Positions 61,353-64,000 of a DNA stretch of 64,000 bases are shown one piece after another. Each line of letters begins with the position of its first letter. The first letter of the stretch is position 1. The notes under the pieces are model-generated. The model did no database searches, had not been told where the DNA came from, and saw only the letters and a program-made list of their open reading frames with translations. The stretch is from NCBI GenBank assembly GCA_963708075.1, contig OY970194.1, positions 4,960,001-5,024,000 of the forward strand. Direction: 5' to 3'. This DNA is from Sedimentisphaerales bacterium. Its GTDB lineage: Bacteria > Planctomycetota > Phycisphaerae > Sedimentisphaerales > Anaerobacaceae. The position numbers and the translations under genes are program-made.

Positions 61353-62576
61353 CTAGAAAAGGCGCGCGTATTGCTGCGCCAGGACTTCGTATGCGTGCGT
61401 GCGCTGCACGTACTGCCGGCCTCGCTCGCCCATCACTTGAAGCTGGTCCCGGGACATCTGAACGATCCGACGAAGGACATCGGCCAAGGCCGGGGGGTCC
61501 TCGGCGGGGATGGAGAAGCCGCATCGGGCTTCGGCTACCTCATCGTGGATGGTGTCGATGGCGAAGACGACCGGCAGGCCCGCCGACATGTACTCGTAGA
61601 GCTTGTTCGGGCTGACGCCGTACTTGAACAGGCCCTTGCTTTGCAGGCCGATGTAGCCGACGTCCACCGCCCGCGTCAGCGCCGGCATCTGCGAGCGTGC
61701 GACGGGAGGCAGGAACGTGACGTTCTGCAGGCCGGCCGCTTGTGCCCGCTGCTGTAGCAACTCCTTCTCGGGCCCCTGGCCAACCAGCAGGAAATGAGCG
61801 TGCGGCTCGTCCTTCAAGAGCGCGGCCGCCTCGACGACATTGCCCAGGGCGTTGGCCACGCCATGGTTGCCACTGTAGAGGACGATCAGTCCGCCATTGT
61901 TTTTCAGACGCCGGATGACTCCGTCATGCTCGGCAGGTAGTCCCTCAATGGCCTGCGAGATGTGCGGGTCGATGCCGTTGGGGATATGGACGAACTTGCG
62001 CGCGTCCAGGCCGTGCGCGACCATGTAGTCCTTCGCGCCGCCGAGCAGAGAAACGGTGGTATCGCATCGCTCGTACCCGAGTCTCTCGGCCCAGGCCATG
62101 GCGCGGATAAGCGGATGTCGCAACGAATGTCCACCCAGCTCCAGGAGCGTCAGCGGCCACAGGTCCCGCACCTCGAAGATGAATTTCGCGCCGTACTTCC
62201 GCGCTAGCCGGTGTCCGTTAAGGGCGACGAACGGATGCGGCGAAGACGCAATGACCACGTCCGGCCGGGGCAGTTGTCCCAGCCCCCTCAGGGCCAGCCG
62301 CGAGGAGAACTCGACCATGTTGATGACGCGTCGCAAGTCGTTCTGCCCGTACCAGCACGCCTTGACCCAGAGGTAAGGCACCCCGTCGATCAGCGCGAAG
62401 CTTTCTCTGGGCGGCTTCATCAGCAGATGGTGAAACGACGCGCAAAGGATCGCCGGCCTCATGCCCATCTGCAGAAAATGCTGGGCGAGATAGTAGTGCC
62501 GATACTCCATCCCGTGAACCAGGCTGCCTGCGTAGTGGTTCACAATCCAGATGACTTTGCCGCTATTCGTGGACAT
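61353..62576 (-). CDS. Glycosyltransferase family 4 (WbuB-like)
   Basis: NHYAG, IASSPHPF, FEVRDLWP, IPNG, SPNKLYEYM. Confidence 0.9.
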   Translation of the reverse strand: MSTNSGKVIWIVNHYAGSLVHGMEYRHYYLAQHFLQMGMRPAILCASFHHLLMKPPRESFALIDGVPYLWVKACWYGQNDLRRVINMVEFSSRLALRGLGQLPRPDVVIASSPHPFVALNGHRLARKYGAKFIFEVRDLWPLTLLELGGHSLRHPLIRAMAWAERLGYERCDTTVSLLGGAKDYMVAHGLDARKFVHIPNGIDPHISQAIEGLPAEHDGVIRRLKNNGGLIVLYSGNHGVANALGNVVEAAALLKDEPHAHFLLVGQGPEKELLQQRAQAAGLQNVTFLPPVARSQMPALTRAVDVGYIGLQSKGLFKYGVSPNKLYEYMSAGLPVVFAIDTIHDEVAEARCGFSIPAEDPPALADVLRRIVQMSRDQLQVMGERGRQYVQRTHAYEVLAQQYARLF

Positions 62577-62613
62577 TGTATCTGCGGAAGAAATGATTCT
62601 CGCCGTAGCGCCA

Positions 62614-62692
62614 GGGTGCCATGTCTACGCTTGCGTAGACATGTTCCTCCGATGGTATGAGGCATGCTTACGCAAGCGTAAGCATGGCACCC
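62614..62692. repeat. REP-doublet element, GGGTGCCATG family, copy 3
   Basis: GGGTGCCATGTCTACGCTTGCGTAGACATG, 19-nt spacer, CATGCTTACGCAAGCGTAAGCATGGCACCC. Confidence 0.9.
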
Positions 62693-62730
62693 GACGAGCT
62701 GACCATGTTCATTCTCTGCAGCGCGCCGAC

Positions 62731-63831
62731 TTACTTCACGAACGCGAGGACCTGCTCGACGACGGCGTCCTGCATCGGCCGCGTCAGCTCAGGGTAGATC
62801 GGAAGCGCCAGGATTTCGGCGGCCGCCCGCTCGGACTCGGGGAAGTCGCCTCGCTTGTGATCCAGGTACGCGAAGCACTCCTGCAGGTGGGCCGGGACCG
62901 GGTAATAGATCTCGCAGCCGATCTTGTTGGCCTTGAGGTGCGCCACAAGCTCGTCGCGTCGCGTCACGCGGATGCAGTACTGGTTGTAGATCGTCCTGCA
63001 ATCGGGGCTGATCCAGGGCGTCTGCACGGCGGTGCCCGCGAACCGCTTGCTGTAATAGGCGGCGTTTCGGCGGCGGGCCTCGGACCAGTCGTCCAGATGC
63101 GGCAGTTTCACCAACAGGGCCGCGGCCTGGATCGGGTCGAGACGGAAGTTGCCGCCGACGTACTTGTGATAGTACTTCGGCTCGGAGCCGTGATTGCGCA
63201 TCATCATCAGCCGCTTGAAGAGCGGCTCATCGTTGGTGACGACCATGCCGCCGTCGCCGATGCCGCCGAGGTTCTTACTGGGGAAGAAGCTGAAGCACCC
63301 CACTGTGCCGATGCTGCCGGCCTTCTTGCCTTTATACGTGCTCGTGATGGACTGGGCGGCGTCCTCGATGACTGCCAGGTTGTGCCTGCGGGCCACCTCC
63401 ATGATCGGGTCCATGTCCGCCATCTGGCCGAACAGGTGCACCGGCATGATCGCCCGTGTACGTTTCGTCACCACGCCCTCGATCAGGTTCGGGTTGATGT
63501 TGTACGTTCGTGGATCGATATCGATCAGGATCGGCTTGGCCCCGGCGCGGGCGATGCAGCCGACCGTGGCGAAGAACGTGAACGGCGTCGTGATGACTTC
63601 GTCCCCGGGTCCGATGTCCAGGCTCATCAGACAGTTCAGAATGGCATCAGTGCCGCTCGACACGCCCACGGCGTACTTGCAGCCACTGGCCGCCGCGACC
63701 TGCTTTTCCAACTCGGCCACTTTCGGCCCGCCGATGCATTGCTGAGAATCCAGCACCTCGGCCACAGCCGCCATCACCTGATCCCGAATTGTTGCATACT
63801 GGCCCTTCAGATCCAGCAGGGGTACTTCCAT
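62731..63831 (-). CDS. DegT/DnrJ/EryC1/StrS aminotransferase
   Basis: SSGTDA, PVHLFGQ, IEDAAQ, SFFPSKNLG..GDGG, NFRLD.IQAA. Confidence 0.95.
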   Translation of the reverse strand: MEVPLLDLKGQYATIRDQVMAAVAEVLDSQQCIGGPKVAELEKQVAAASGCKYAVGVSSGTDAILNCLMSLDIGPGDEVITTPFTFFATVGCIARAGAKPILIDIDPRTYNINPNLIEGVVTKRTRAIMPVHLFGQMADMDPIMEVARRHNLAVIEDAAQSITSTYKGKKAGSIGTVGCFSFFPSKNLGGIGDGGMVVTNDEPLFKRLMMMRNHGSEPKYYHKYVGGNFRLDPIQAAALLVKLPHLDDWSEARRRNAAYYSKRFAGTAVQTPWISPDCRTIYNQYCIRVTRRDELVAHLKANKIGCEIYYPVPAHLQECFAYLDHKRGDFPESERAAAEILALPIYPELTRPMQDAVVEQVLAFVK

Positions 63832-63907
63832 ATTACCTCCTTCAGTTCATGGTTTCCGAACCGCACCACTATACCCACCAAGCCCCCTCCAGGCAACTGA
63901 TTCAATA

Positions 63908-64000
63908 TCAGGTCCCATGATGGGCAGCAGCGTTTGCGAGGACACGTTCGAGGCGGTCGGCGAGGATGCGGCGGTCGAATTCCCGCTCAGCCAGGGCGCG
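63908..64000 (-). CDS. C-terminal fragment of a probable GT4 glycosyltransferase (cut by window edge)
   Basis: RALAEREFDRRILADRLERVL...* is a typical GT4 terminal helix; operon context. Confidence 0.55.
   Translation of the reverse strand, partial: RALAEREFDRRILADRLERVLANAAAHHGT

Noticed and set aside
1263..62692. Repeat-spacer-repeat units as a CRISPR mini-array
   Set aside because: The repeats are inverted and dispersed as isolated doublets, and no cas genes are present; REPIN-like fits better.

Overview
GC-rich bacterial chromosome segment. Gene content suggests Planctomycetota, probably Phycisphaerae-like (inference from a prepilin/H-X9-DG-type protein, an ECF sigma with a long C-terminal extension, TIGR03790 and several Tat-exported proteins). 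It holds a Wzx/Wzy surface-polysaccharide cluster with unusual tailoring enzymes (4.1-19.5 kb), a tandem pair of DUF11 surface-protein genes, tRNA-Ser(CGA), signalling genes, prfB-pepA-folE, an intact IS630 and the end of a second glycosylation cluster. Main observations: (1) five of the six apparent gene-breaking frameshifts are the same +1 insertion, CGAGACC to CGAGAACC, pointing to a modified GAGACC/GGTCTC motif read wrongly by the sequencer, or less likely to site-specific recoding; (2) several families of REP/REPIN-like palindromic elements and heptamer arrays occur, some inserted in frame inside genes; (3) a membrane GrpE-like gene is coupled to an Hsp70-ATPase/helical-TM hybrid gene; (4) there is a 254-bp MITE with perfect 31-bp inverted repeats; (5) prfB has a programmed +1 and the IS630 transposase a probable -1 frameshift. 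Family names are from motif recognition by eye, not database searches.
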